From Polyangiaceae bacterium (GTDB lineage Bacteria > Myxococcota_A > Polyangia > Polyangiales > Polyangiaceae), in the NCBI GenBank assembly GCA_033763455.1, contig JANRKO010000050.1, positions 1 through 64,000 on the forward strand: 64,000 bases of DNA, written 5' to 3'. A model generated the notes under the pieces. It worked only from the letters and a program-made list of their open reading frames with translations, did not search any database and was not told the origin of the DNA. Shown piece by piece: positions 47,328-57,619 of this stretch. The translations under genes and the position numbers were made by a program. Every line of letters begins with the position of its first letter. Within the stretch, counting starts at the first letter, position 1.

Positions 47328-48286
47328 GCGCTCGGCGTGGGCAAAAGTGCCTCCCGTTTACTGCACTGGTGATGGCTCTGGGGGTGTTGGCACAGGTTCG
47401 TCCCGCTCACGCGGACGTGGGCTTCTGGGATGGCGTGCGGGACTCTCGGGCGCATGTGCGTGCGGCTGCACGTCGCTTGGTACTCGGCTACGCGGCCTTG
47501 CCCGATTCGCGGGAGGTAACGGCGGCATGCCTTACAGTGCTGCCGTTTGCCTCTGCCGACCTCAAGTACTTGTGTGGCGCCCGCTTGGGGAGGGCTCATG
47601 ACGGGATGAAGCAGAAGGCGCTCGGGTTGCTAAACAAAGCCATTCAGGAGGCGCCAGAGAGCCCATGGGTTGGCCAAGCCTGGTTTGAGGTGGGAGTGGT
47701 GGAGGCTGAGCTTGGGCATCCTGAGCGAGCGATCCGCGCCTTCTCAAGCGCACTTGAGCGGGTCTGGCAACCGTCACTCCGGGCCCATTTGCACTACAAG
47801 CGTGGCCTCGCGTACATGTTGCGCGGAGAGTTGCGTTATGCAACTTCAGATTATCGGCTCGCGCTCTTGTTGGGGAGCGGCTCCGAGCTCTTCGCTATGG
47901 CGCAAGCTAGCCTCGGGGTAGCGCTAGAGCGGCAGGGCGATTTGGCTTCGGCTTTGGCTGCGTTTTCAGCTGCTTCGAGCGTTCAGCCTGTGCATTCGTC
48001 CGTAGCTTCTCAAGGCCTGGGTCGCGCCGTGCCCGCGCTCATGCCGGTGTGGGAAAGCTACTATTACAAAGCGCTCGCAGCGATGGCTGAGGGGGAACAG
48101 GCGGGAACCCCTCAGGCCCGGGAGGTCGCCTACCGCCAGGCCGTGCTTGCGTGGAGTGCGTATCTGGATGAAGGCCGGAAGGTCTCGGCTCATTGGCTTG
48201 ACCACGCCGAGGCCTTGCGTTCGCGATGCGAGTCGAAGGTGGAAGAATCCGTTGGGGATCGGAGCGCAAGAGCGTTCCCGCGTTGA
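47324..48286 (+). CDS. Secreted TPR protein
   Basis: Signal peptide ending AHA and several TPR repeats. Confidence 0.65.
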   Translation: MSARRGQKCLPFTALVMALGVLAQVRPAHADVGFWDGVRDSRAHVRAAARRLVLGYAALPDSREVTAACLTVLPFASADLKYLCGARLGRAHDGMKQKALGLLNKAIQEAPESPWVGQAWFEVGVVEAELGHPERAIRAFSSALERVWQPSLRAHLHYKRGLAYMLRGELRYATSDYRLALLLGSGSELFAMAQASLGVALERQGDLASALAAFSAASSVQPVHSSVASQGLGRAVPALMPVWESYYYKALAAMAEGEQAGTPQAREVAYRQAVLAWSAYLDEGRKVSAHWLDHAEALRSRCESKVEESVGDRSARAFPR

Positions 48287-48289
48287 ACG

Positions 48290-49390
48290 TTATGGGGCTT
48301 GGCGAAGCAGTTTGCCGGCTCCGTCAGCATCTGTAACGGCAAAAAACACCGGCCTAAGATAGGCACTGCGTTCCAATTCACCGAATGCTCCGCTGAGAGC
48401 CAGCGAGCGCGCGCGGGGGCCGTCGAGTACAATAAACACGTCGCTTAGGCCTTCTCCCAGGGGCGCATCAATCACATCAACGATGCGTTTTCGGTCCAGA
48501 TGCAACTCTTCATCCGCACGTTGGATGAGAACGCGCTTGTTCGTGATAAGATACTGCGTCTGGCGGAGAAGCCGCCCGGAGCGAATCAAGGCGTCGTAAA
48601 CCAAATAGCCTGCAATTGAGAGCAATAAGCCCACGGTTACCAGAAGGCACAGGGCAATGGTCAAAAGAGGCCAAACTTCCAGGCCGCCGCTGTTCAGAAG
48701 CTCAAGGGCGCGGGTTCCGGTGGCCACCAACCGTACAGAGGCGAATAAGAGAACGGCGCAGATGAACAGCAACATCCAATCCCTCTGCCCGTGTGGCAGA
48801 TACGCACGCCACTGTTGCGTTGGCTTGGACGACCACAACACCCGCTCGTCCTGATCCAGCCGCTGCGCGAGTGCTCTTGCGCCCACAGCGATGGGAGCTA
48901 CGGCTTCCTCCCCGCGAATAATCGCCCACACGCGGTCAGGAGAGTTCACCCCCGTGAGTCGCAAGATCAGGCGACGGCGGAGCGCTCCGGTTGGCACTGC
49001 CCGAACCAACTCAAGATCGCCCATTCCGGGGTGTTTGGGATCCCAGAATATGCGAGCAAAGCTGATGGAGCTGCGCTCAATGCTTCGGCGAAATGGGCCA
49101 CGCTTCCAGATGATTTGGTGTTCGGTAACCAGGTACTCCACGCGGCTGAACCAGATCTTTGGCGCCAGAAGGCTCCCGATGCCACACGTCACGCACCAAA
49201 AAGAAAACGCCAGCATGGCTGTCGGCGACTGTTCGATGACGAGGGCTAAGATGAAGGCGAACGCCAGAGCAATGGCACTGCTGAGGAACAGTAACAGCGC
49301 GAAGGCGCGCAGAATCGGCGGGGTTACAATGACACTCGGCGCACCCGACCACACGATCTTCTGGTGGAATAGCGAGTCTCGCTTCATCAT
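48290..49390 (-). CDS. Membrane protein with tandem bacterial PH-like domains
   Basis: Duplicated module: (I/L)W..P, two TM helices, Y(L)(V/I)T..(Q/R).I. Confidence 0.65.
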   Translation of the reverse strand: MMKRDSLFHQKIVWSGAPSVIVTPPILRAFALLLFLSSAIALAFAFILALVIEQSPTAMLAFSFWCVTCGIGSLLAPKIWFSRVEYLVTEHQIIWKRGPFRRSIERSSISFARIFWDPKHPGMGDLELVRAVPTGALRRRLILRLTGVNSPDRVWAIIRGEEAVAPIAVGARALAQRLDQDERVLWSSKPTQQWRAYLPHGQRDWMLLFICAVLLFASVRLVATGTRALELLNSGGLEVWPLLTIALCLLVTVGLLLSIAGYLVYDALIRSGRLLRQTQYLITNKRVLIQRADEELHLDRKRIVDVIDAPLGEGLSDVFIVLDGPRARSLALSGAFGELERSAYLRPVFFAVTDADGAGKLLRQAP

Positions 49391-49642
49391 GAATTGTGGG
49401 CCTAACTGAGCCTAGGTACGGACCTTTGCACCGGATCTATAGGGTTCCCAGCACGGACGCTGGGCCTTGCCATTATGTTGGGCCCGGATGCGGGCAAGTA
49501 AAGCGGGTGGGCGAGCTCATATGGTACCGAAGTTCGAAGAGGAGGCCTCGATCGCACCTCGAGTAGGTGTCGATAGCTCGCAAGGGTGGCTCAAAAAACG
49601 CTGTCGTGCGCCGAACCGCAGCTTACCTAGGTGCGCTAGGAG

Positions 49643-50755
49643 CTACGGTGTGGGCGAAACGAACACAACTTCGGCGCGTTCATTCCGAGCCTCTGCCCCC
49701 GGCTCGCCGGAAATCGCTATGGGCAGCGAACTTCCCGCGAAGTCTGAGGTGACGTTAGGGGCCCCAGCGTCGCGCAAAGCCTTTTCGAGCTCGGCTGTCT
49801 CGGGTGGCTTGCCCTTGGCACTGTGAAGTACCAGGAGCAGCGGGAATTCCGGGTGTGTTTTGGCTACGCGTCCGAGCGCCGCAAGCTGCTCGGCCACTTG
49901 GGGCGAGAGCTTGTTGCTGGGATCGAAAACCCCTCGGAGCGTGACCACCACTCCGCGATCATCCCGAAATGGGAAAAGCTTTGCATCGCTTAACTCTGCG
50001 AGTAAGCCCTCAGCGGCGAAGCTTTGCGGTTGCTCCCGCAGCTTTGGCTTTCGGATTTCGTACAGCATCTCCAGACACTGGGAGCGAAGTCGCCGCGCGG
50101 CGTCTATGGGGGCAGGGGAAAGCGCTTTGCCGGCGCCTTGCTCTATGCGGGCAATATCAGCAAGCCGAGCTTGTTCTTCTTCAGGGTGCGCCGGGTCGAG
50201 CAAGCGTGCCGAGACGCAAAGAAGGCGCGCCTGGCGCAAGAGCGCAAGCGCCGCCTTCTGGCGAGCGCGCTCCCTTTCCGGCGATGCAGGCTCACTCTTC
50301 GGCAGCGGCAAGGCGTCGCGGTTCACCTTGGTCCGGGCCTCAATCTCGGTAACTTCCGACTCCAGCTCCCGAGCCTCGCCATCGAGCCGCAGCAGCTCTT
50401 GCTGGGCCGCTACCACGCTTGTATCTGCTCGGGATATGCGCCCGAGCGCCACGGCAACGCGCGCAAGCACCACGGCGTGCTCATAGGCGGCGATGGCATG
50501 CTCGCTCAGCAGCTCTGCTTGTTCAGAATCCCCCTGATTGTAGGCTTCTTCTGCTTGATGGAAGAGATCTTCAGCCTGCAGAAATGCTTGGGGAGCAGCT
50601 TGCTCGGCGGCTTGCACGAGTGGGGCGGAACGAGTGGCATCCGCCTGGGAAAGCATCGGGGGCCGTGGTCCCGCCGAACAAGCCGCGAGCAGGAGGAACG
50701 CGATTGTTGGAAAGAAAGGCTTTGCGCCCGGCTTCGATGGGAGCCGCGCACTCAT
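49643..50755 (-). CDS. Lipoprotein with coiled-coil (DUF4398-like) and degenerate OmpA-like C-terminus
   Basis: Lipobox LLAAC, DDRGVVVTL, ARNERAEVVF. Confidence 0.65.
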   Translation of the reverse strand: MSARLPSKPGAKPFFPTIAFLLLAACSAGPRPPMLSQADATRSAPLVQAAEQAAPQAFLQAEDLFHQAEEAYNQGDSEQAELLSEHAIAAYEHAVVLARVAVALGRISRADTSVVAAQQELLRLDGEARELESEVTEIEARTKVNRDALPLPKSEPASPERERARQKAALALLRQARLLCVSARLLDPAHPEEEQARLADIARIEQGAGKALSPAPIDAARRLRSQCLEMLYEIRKPKLREQPQSFAAEGLLAELSDAKLFPFRDDRGVVVTLRGVFDPSNKLSPQVAEQLAALGRVAKTHPEFPLLLVLHSAKGKPPETAELEKALRDAGAPNVTSDFAGSSLPIAISGEPGAEARNERAEVVFVSPTP

Positions 50756-51213
50756 GGCTTTTTGACCTGCGCGGGCAAGGCTTTCGACTGCGTTTCGGAC
50801 TCTTTGAGCTGAGCGAGCGCTCGATTTTTGCGGGCCAGGGCCTCTTCAATCAGGGCGCGGGCTCGCACTGTTTTTTCTTGCGCAAGGTTCAACTGAAGTT
50901 CGAGTGAGCTGGCCTGCCGCTCAAGATCGGTTGCCCGCAGCAGGTCCTGGGCGGTGAGGGCGAGGCGAAGTGCGACGGACTCCAGCTGCTCGGCAACCTT
51001 AAGCTGTTTCTTGGAAGTCGCCGCCAGCGCTCGAGTGAGCGCGGATTCTGCGCGGCGCGTGTACGTGGCGATGAGCGCCGCCCGTTCTGACTTCGCAAGC
51101 TTGGCGAGTAGGGCTTCGGCTTCTCTTCGTGGTGACGCCGCCTGGGCACCCGCCGGAGCCACAAGAACACCAGCGAGCAGGCCGAGGGTCCCGAAAGTGA
51201 GCCTTATCTTCAC
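50752..51213 (-). CDS. Secreted coiled-coil hypothetical protein
   Basis: Signal peptide (AQA) and Ala/Leu/Glu heptads. Overlaps the start of the lipoprotein gene. Confidence 0.55.
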   Translation of the reverse strand: MKIRLTFGTLGLLAGVLVAPAGAQAASPRREAEALLAKLAKSERAALIATYTRRAESALTRALAATSKKQLKVAEQLESVALRLALTAQDLLRATDLERQASSLELQLNLAQEKTVRARALIEEALARKNRALAQLKESETQSKALPAQVKKP

Positions 51214-51311
51214 GATTGCTCAACACCAAGCCACGCGGGGCGGCGAAGGTCAAGGCTCTCGTAGGCACCCCAGGGTTCGCGGTATACGAAGAGGCGAAGA
51301 GGACAGCTCAT

Positions 51312-51785
51312 ATGACACGACGTCGCGCGACTTGGGACGAGTACTTTATGGCGATCGCCACCGAGGTGGCGACCCGCTCAACCTGTGATCGGAAACACGT
51401 GGGCGCTGTGATCGTGCGCGACAAGACCATTCTCGCAACTGGCTACAACGGTTCGATTCGGGGCTTGGGGCACTGTGACGACGAGGGCCACATGATGGAG
51501 GATGGTCATTGCGTGCGTACCGTCCATGCCGAGGCCAATGCCATCGTCCAAGCCGCCAGGAACGGAAGCAGGTTAGAAGGGAGCTACATCTACGTGACGG
51601 CTTCGCCCTGCTTCAAGTGCTTCCAGCTCATCGCGAATGCGGGGCTAGGGCGCATCGTGTTTGGTGAATTCTACCGGGACGAGCGCATTTTCAAGTTCGC
51701 CCACACGCTCAAGATAGAGCTCGCACACCTGCCCGCGGGGGCGGAGGTTGCTCAGATCGCGGCATACGAGGAGCCGAAGGGGTGA
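51312..51785 (+). CDS. dCMP deaminase/ComEB family
   Basis: WDEYFM, RSTC, GYNG, HAEANA, SPCFKC. Confidence 0.9.
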   Translation: MTRRRATWDEYFMAIATEVATRSTCDRKHVGAVIVRDKTILATGYNGSIRGLGHCDDEGHMMEDGHCVRTVHAEANAIVQAARNGSRLEGSYIYVTASPCFKCFQLIANAGLGRIVFGEFYRDERIFKFAHTLKIELAHLPAGAEVAQIAAYEEPKG

Positions 51786-52777
51786 CGGTGGGCTCACTTT
51801 CGGTCGCAGTGCTGGCAGGTGGGCCTTCGGCCGAGGCCGCCGTGAGTCGCGTATCGGCCAGGGCGGTGGCTGAGGCTTTGCGAGCGGCGGGGCACACTGT
51901 GCATGTGCTTGAGGTTTCAGAGGCTTTGCCGAGCCTTCTTGCGTCCATTCAGATTGACGCAGTTTTCCCGGCTCTTCACGGTCGTTTGGGTGAAGACGGC
52001 TGCGTGCAGGGTTTGCTCGAAGTGATGGGGCTTCCGTACGTGGGCTCCGGCGTGCTCGCAAGTGCAGTTGCAGCGTATAAGCCATTTGCGAAGGGGCGTT
52101 TCGCCGAATTAGGTGTCAACCAGGCGGAGGGGGTAGTTGTTAACTCGAGAATGCCTGTGGGAGAGTGTGTCGAACTTATTTGGAAGACACTCGGCAAACA
52201 CGTGGTGCTCAAGCCTGCATCGGGAGGGTCTGCCATCGGCGTCACGCGCATGTCCGATGAAGACGATGGAGCCGCGTTTCGCGCGGCCCTGGAAGCCGCA
52301 TTTCTGATCGAGGCGAACGTGCTGGTCGAACGACGTGAACACGGCCTGGAGGTGACGTGCGGGGTTCTTGAAGATGATGCGGGGGAGCCCAAAGCGTTGC
52401 CACCGACGCAAATCCTGGCCAAAGCTGCCGATTGGTATGATTTTAAGTCACGCTACGGCACTTCAGCCAGTGAACATCTGTGTCCGGCACCTTTCGAAAC
52501 GGCGGTGATTGCAGAGATCCAGAAGCTAGCCGTATTAGCCCACCGTGCAGTGGGCGCGCGGGACCTGAGTCGTGTTGATTTTGTGGTGGATCCTGGTGCG
52601 CGCCGCGTCACGGTGCTGGAGGTCAATACGCTCCCGGGGATGACGCCCACCAGCCTTTTTCCGGAAGCTTGTGCCGTCATGGGTCTCAGCTTCAGCACCC
52701 TTTGCGACAAGCTGGTGCGCCGTGCTGCGGCGCGGCCTCGAACAGAAGCGCCCGCCGTTGTCCCCATGCCCGCCTAG
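51782..52777 (+). CDS. ddl: D-alanine--D-alanine ligase
   Basis: GGPSAEAAVS, LHGRLGEDG, LEVNTLPGMT. Confidence 0.93.
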   Translation: MTVGSLSVAVLAGGPSAEAAVSRVSARAVAEALRAAGHTVHVLEVSEALPSLLASIQIDAVFPALHGRLGEDGCVQGLLEVMGLPYVGSGVLASAVAAYKPFAKGRFAELGVNQAEGVVVNSRMPVGECVELIWKTLGKHVVLKPASGGSAIGVTRMSDEDDGAAFRAALEAAFLIEANVLVERREHGLEVTCGVLEDDAGEPKALPPTQILAKAADWYDFKSRYGTSASEHLCPAPFETAVIAEIQKLAVLAHRAVGARDLSRVDFVVDPGARRVTVLEVNTLPGMTPTSLFPEACAVMGLSFSTLCDKLVRRAAARPRTEAPAVVPMPA

Positions 52778-52832
52778 GGCTTTCGTTTTTTCTCTACTGG
52801 TCGGGATGGGGGAAATAGCGGTAAACCGTGGC

Positions 52833-54116
52833 ATGGAAAACGCACGCATCGTGGTGGTTGGCAGCGGCGCTCGCGAACATGCGCTCGCGTTGCGCCTTCT
52901 CGGCTCCCCTTCGGTAGCTGAGGTTGTAGTGAATCCTGGAAATGCAGGAACGCAGGGTGCGCCACACCAACTGTCCCACAAGAGGCTCTCCAACCGGGCA
53001 GGGGACACATTGAAGGTGGCTCAGGAGCTGGGGGCCGATTTGGTGGTTATTGGCCCTGAAGTTCCGCTGTGCGCGGGCCTCGTGGATGAGCTCACCGCGA
53101 ATGGCATTCTTGCTTATGGCCCCACCGCGAACGCCGCAAAGCTCGAAGGCTCCAAGGCGTTCATGAAGGAATTTTGCTCCCGCCAGTCAATCAAAACCGC
53201 GCGCTTCGTGGTGGTGCGCGAGGTGGGGCAGCTTGCGCACGCGTTAGCCGGTTTCCCTGAGCCACCGGTTGTTAAGGCGGATGGGCCCTGTGCTGGAAAG
53301 GGGGTTGTGGTCGCCGAGACGCACGCTGAAGCAAAGAGCGCCGCCCAGGCTATGTTGAGCGGTGAAGCCTTCGGAGAAGCGGGTCGCGTGGTGGTGCTTG
53401 AGGAACGGATTCGGGGAGCTGAGGTGAGTGTGCACGTCGTGAGCGACGGCCAGCGCTTCCTCATGTTGCCAGCCGCCCAAGATCACAAACGGATCGGTGA
53501 GAACGACACAGGCCCGAATACCGGCGGAATGGGTGCCTATGCTCCGGCTCCGCTCCTGTCGCCTGAGCTAGAAGCGAAGGTAAAGCGTGAGATCATCGAG
53601 CGCATTGTTTCAGGCATGGCCACTGAAGGTTGCCCATTTCGAGGAACAATTTTCGCGGGTCTCATGATCACGCCCGAAGGGGACCCTTACCTTTTAGAAA
53701 TTAACGTGCGCTTCGGAGATCCTGAAACGCAAGTTCTGGTTAATCTCTTGGACGGAGATCTGGCGGAGCTGCTTGCTAGTGCGGCTCGGGGGCAGCTGGC
53801 GCCCGGGAGCGTTCAGGTGGCGGGGCGTCATGCGATGTGTGTCGTGTTAGCTGCTGCTAACTATCCGGGAACTCCAAGGACGGGTGACAAGATTCTGGGG
53901 CTCGAACGCGCCGCAAACGTGGACGGCGTGCAGGTGTACCACGCAGGAACCGAGCTCCGTGACGGTGACGTATTGACCCGCGGCGGCCGAGTACTTGGTG
54001 TGACGGGAATTGGCAGCACCCTCAAGGCCGCCGCGGCCGCCGCTTACGAAGCTGCAAGCTACATCGAGTTCGATGGAAAGCAGCTGAGACGCGATATTGG
54101 TTATCGGGCGCTCTAA
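52833..54116 (+). CDS. purD: Phosphoribosylamine--glycine ligase
   Basis: GSGAREHA, LEGSK, QDHKR, NTGGMG, RFGDPE. Confidence 0.96.
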   Translation: MENARIVVVGSGAREHALALRLLGSPSVAEVVVNPGNAGTQGAPHQLSHKRLSNRAGDTLKVAQELGADLVVIGPEVPLCAGLVDELTANGILAYGPTANAAKLEGSKAFMKEFCSRQSIKTARFVVVREVGQLAHALAGFPEPPVVKADGPCAGKGVVVAETHAEAKSAAQAMLSGEAFGEAGRVVVLEERIRGAEVSVHVVSDGQRFLMLPAAQDHKRIGENDTGPNTGGMGAYAPAPLLSPELEAKVKREIIERIVSGMATEGCPFRGTIFAGLMITPEGDPYLLEINVRFGDPETQVLVNLLDGDLAELLASAARGQLAPGSVQVAGRHAMCVVLAAANYPGTPRTGDKILGLERAANVDGVQVYHAGTELRDGDVLTRGGRVLGVTGIGSTLKAAAAAAYEAASYIEFDGKQLRRDIGYRAL

Positions 54117-54188
54117 CCTACAGCGCCTCCCTTGACGCTCCCGAGTATCAACGCTACGTGGCCGCTCGTCGGTAAAATTGAGGATTTT

Positions 54189-55274
54189 ATGGCTCGCGCG
54201 ATCAACTTTAATCCAGGCCCTGCAACTCTTCCCCTCGGTGCCCTCGAACGCGCTCAGCGTGAGCTCTTGGACATTCAGGGCACTGGGATGAGCATCATCG
54301 AGCACAGCCATCGGGGCAAAACGTTCGAGGCCATTCACAACGAAGCCCTTTCGCTCACCCGAGAGCTCCTCGGGGTGCCTGAGAACTATTCGATCCTGTT
54401 CTTGCAGGGCGGCGCAAGCCAACAGTTCGCTGTTGTCCCAATGAATCTCCTCGGGTCGGGGCAAAGCGCTGATTACCTGGTGACAGGGGTTTGGTCGAAA
54501 AGTGCTGTCAAGGAGGCAAAAATCGTGGGCGCAGCGCGGGTTGCAGCTAGCACCGAAGAGAACGGAAAATTCGTGCGCGTGCCCAAGCAAGAGGAGCTAA
54601 CGCTCGATCCGAACGCAGCGTACGTTCACATCACGAGCAACAACACGATTTACGGGACGCAGTGGCACACGTGGCCCGATGTTGGCCAGGTGCCGCTGGT
54701 TGCAGACATGTCGAGCGATTTGATGTGGAAGCCCCTAGACGTTTCCCGTTTCGGACTCATTTACGCGGGGGCCCAGAAGAACCTCGGGCCAAGTGGCCTC
54801 GTTGTGGTTATCATTCGCAATGATCTGGTGGAAAGTGGCCGAAAAGACATCCCCACCATCTTTCAGTACCGCACGCACCAAGCCGCAAATTCGCTCTACC
54901 ACACCCCACCCACCTTCTCGATCTACCTCTACCGCAATGTGCTTTTGGAGATGAAGCAAGCCGGAGGCCTTGAGGTGATGGAGCAGCGCAATCGGTCCAA
55001 GGCGGAGCTGCTCTACCAAGCGATCGATGCTCGGCCAGGCCTCTATCTTGCGCCGGTGGAGCGAGCCTCGCGTTCGACGATGAACGTTGTGTTTAACTTG
55101 CCGACGCCCGAGCTGGAGTCGGAGTTCCTGCGCGCGGCCGAAGCCGCAGGGATGGTAGGGTTGAAGGGGCATCGCTCGGCGGGAGGCGTGCGCGTCTCAA
55201 TGTATAACGCCGCCCCACTCGAGTGGGTAAAGACGCTCGCGGACTTCATGGCCGATTTCAACCGTGGTGCCTAA
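54189..55274 (+). CDS. serC: Phosphoserine aminotransferase
   Basis: NFNPGPA, ADMSS, AGAQKN, GHRSAGG. Confidence 0.96.
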   Translation: MARAINFNPGPATLPLGALERAQRELLDIQGTGMSIIEHSHRGKTFEAIHNEALSLTRELLGVPENYSILFLQGGASQQFAVVPMNLLGSGQSADYLVTGVWSKSAVKEAKIVGAARVAASTEENGKFVRVPKQEELTLDPNAAYVHITSNNTIYGTQWHTWPDVGQVPLVADMSSDLMWKPLDVSRFGLIYAGAQKNLGPSGLVVVIIRNDLVESGRKDIPTIFQYRTHQAANSLYHTPPTFSIYLYRNVLLEMKQAGGLEVMEQRNRSKAELLYQAIDARPGLYLAPVERASRSTMNVVFNLPTPELESEFLRAAEAAGMVGLKGHRSAGGVRVSMYNAAPLEWVKTLADFMADFNRGA

Positions 55275-55749
55275 GTCTGCAGGGGCCGCGGACGTCGTGG
55301 ACTGTGATCCCGGCGTTCTGCAAATCCCGCTTGCGGTGCGTTTTGCGGCTGCAGTCCGGGGTGCGGCGGAAGACGAACAGCGCCGCGTCGTTTTCGGTAG
55401 GCTGCACGGCACGGTGGTCATCGTTGTGGACGATGTTTGGGCGCAGTTCACTCTGCGTTTTGATTTTGGGCGCTTAAGTGTTCACCTCGGTATTGTGGGC
55501 GTCCCAGATATCACGCTGCGAGGCCCGCAAGCGGAGTTGGAATCGCTCCTTCTCCTACCTTTTCGTACCCAATGGCCTGTGCTGCTCCCCGTTCGGCTTG
55601 CGGAGCTGCTAGTGGTGCACCGCGTGCTTACCGCTTGGGCCAAAAGCTCCCTGCGCGCCTACGGTGCTCTCAGCCACCCGGGTCTACTGGTGAATGTGCT
55701 GCGAGTCATCTCAGCTCCAGATGCATCGGCCCTAGATCCAAAAACTTGA
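55264..55749 (+). CDS. SCP2-like hypothetical protein
   Basis: [20 protein letters not shown] pattern. Confidence 0.5.
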   Translation: MVPKSAGAADVVDCDPGVLQIPLAVRFAAAVRGAAEDEQRRVVFGRLHGTVVIVVDDVWAQFTLRFDFGRLSVHLGIVGVPDITLRGPQAELESLLLLPFRTQWPVLLPVRLAELLVVHRVLTAWAKSSLRAYGALSHPGLLVNVLRVISAPDASALDPKT

Positions 55750-55810
55750 GCTTGGACGGGGTGGGGGAAACCCTGTACATTTGTGCGCTGGCTCTCCCGC
55801 GGCCGAAGGT

Positions 55811-56692
55811 GTGCGCTTGATCCGTTTCCGTTTGCGCTTTCTCCTCCAGGAACTCGACCTCCCCCAGGGGGAGACGCTGCTTGGCCGAAGCACGTCTTGC
55901 CACCTGACGTTCGAGGACCCACTGGTGTCGCGCCAACACGCGCGCATCCGAGTGGATGGTGAACGCGCCACGGTAGAAGATCTCAGTTCGCGCAATGGGT
56001 TGCTGCTCAACGGTCGGCCCATCAAAGGAATGGCCCAACTCGAAGACGGCGATCGCCTTCGGATTGGGGTCCAAGAGCTGCTGATCTCCAAAATCCACAA
56101 GGTGGACCGGACCCGTGCCGATTCAAAGACGAGAATAACAGGATTTCTCTGTCATTGTGCGGCCTGCGGCGTTCCGTATCCAACGGACCTCGTGGAGTGC
56201 CCGAGTTGCGGTTCCGTCGAACGGGCGGACGAAGATACGTTAAGTGACGCGAAATCCGACCGTAGTTGGTCTCTGGAGTTACTTGTCGAAGTTATTAAGA
56301 AGGCGGCCTCGCTTGGCCGTTGGGACGACGTGGATCGTATCTTGATGCGAGCTAGAGCAAACGTGGAACGTCATGTCGCAGGCGGCCATCCCGTCGAGTT
56401 GCGTCTCATCGATGACATTGCCGAGGCCGCCTGTTCGCTGTCGCTGATAAGTAGCGATGCCCAGTGGGCTCGCTGGGTGCTGTCCGTGTACGAATCGGTC
56501 GCAGCCGTGCCTCCCACCTTGGCACTCGACCAAATGGCACGGTTGCCGGCATTGCATCGTGCGGCGCTCTTAGAACCAGCGAACCGATTGCTCGCGAGAA
56601 TGCAGAATCGGCCGGGGTCCGATGCCGAGCGCATGGACGAGTTGGCTCGCGCTATTGGGCCTGCCTCTAACATTGCACCGGGAGCCGAGTGA
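55811..56692 (+). CDS. FHA-domain protein 1 with zinc ribbon
   Basis: LGRS, VSRQHA, DLSSRNG and CAAC...CPSC. Start approximate. Confidence 0.85.
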   Translation: MRLIRFRLRFLLQELDLPQGETLLGRSTSCHLTFEDPLVSRQHARIRVDGERATVEDLSSRNGLLLNGRPIKGMAQLEDGDRLRIGVQELLISKIHKVDRTRADSKTRITGFLCHCAACGVPYPTDLVECPSCGSVERADEDTLSDAKSDRSWSLELLVEVIKKAASLGRWDDVDRILMRARANVERHVAGGHPVELRLIDDIAEAACSLSLISSDAQWARWVLSVYESVAAVPPTLALDQMARLPALHRAALLEPANRLLARMQNRPGSDAERMDELARAIGPASNIAPGAE

Positions 56693-57438
56693 TGGCTTAT
56701 CGCTTGCGTTACAAGTCTCAGGAGATCACGCTTACCCCGGGGCACTTTTTGATCGGCCGCAGCGACGAGTGTCAGTTGACACTGGACGACGGGCTTGTTT
56801 CCCGAGTGCACGCGCGCGTGTCCGAGGAAGCTGACGGGCTATTCATCGAAGATCTCGGCAGTCGAAATGGCGTGACGGTTAATGGGGAGCCCCTTTCGAG
56901 TAAACTCAGCTTGCACCATGGGGACCGCATCCAAATCGGTGAGCAGGAGATCACCGTGCTCCGCAAGACGGATGCACAAGCCAAGACGATGCAGCAGCGT
57001 TCGGTCGGAGTAGAAGAATCCCTCGCCGTGCTCTCCAGCGTTGCCGAAAAAGCGCTCGCTCTTGGGCGAGGGCAGGAGGCCGAGCGCCTTCTGGAGAATT
57101 ACCTAGGAGGCATCCTCATCAGTGCTGAATCCGGCCAGCTACCCGAACCGGAAGTCGTTGCTCGTGCGTCGAGCTACGCGATCCAGCTTGCGTCTTTGAC
57201 GAACAAGGCAAAGTGGGTTCACTTTATTTTTCGCCTGCACACCGTGGTTGCACGGCCGTGTTCAGCCGAGGTGGTCGACAAGCTCTATGAAGTTATTCGA
57301 CGCATCAGTAACGTCGGTCCAGAGAGTCTGCGGAGCTACCTCGGCGTGCTCGATCGGCAGCAGAACAGCATGTCAAAGTCGGACCGCTTCCTCTTCAAGC
57401 GCCTCCAGGGGCTTGAGCCGCTCACATCGCTAAAGTAA
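56692..57438 (+). CDS. FHA-domain protein 2
   Basis: IGRS, VSRVHA, DLGSRNG. Confidence 0.87.
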   Translation: MAYRLRYKSQEITLTPGHFLIGRSDECQLTLDDGLVSRVHARVSEEADGLFIEDLGSRNGVTVNGEPLSSKLSLHHGDRIQIGEQEITVLRKTDAQAKTMQQRSVGVEESLAVLSSVAEKALALGRGQEAERLLENYLGGILISAESGQLPEPEVVARASSYAIQLASLTNKAKWVHFIFRLHTVVARPCSAEVVDKLYEVIRRISNVGPESLRSYLGVLDRQQNSMSKSDRFLFKRLQGLEPLTSLK

Positions 57439-57619
57439 CCACACGCGCCCTCAAGGTGCTCGGCTCGGCCACATGGTGACGGTTGGCGAGGGGGATCTCC
57501 GGCACGCCAGCGACCTTTGCCTCGTGGGTAAATTTTCCTCATGCTCGACGAGCCGCTGGGAAGACACTACCCTTGATAGTAGATAGCTCGGCGCCAAGTT
57601 GGCCGGGCGTTTTCAGCAA

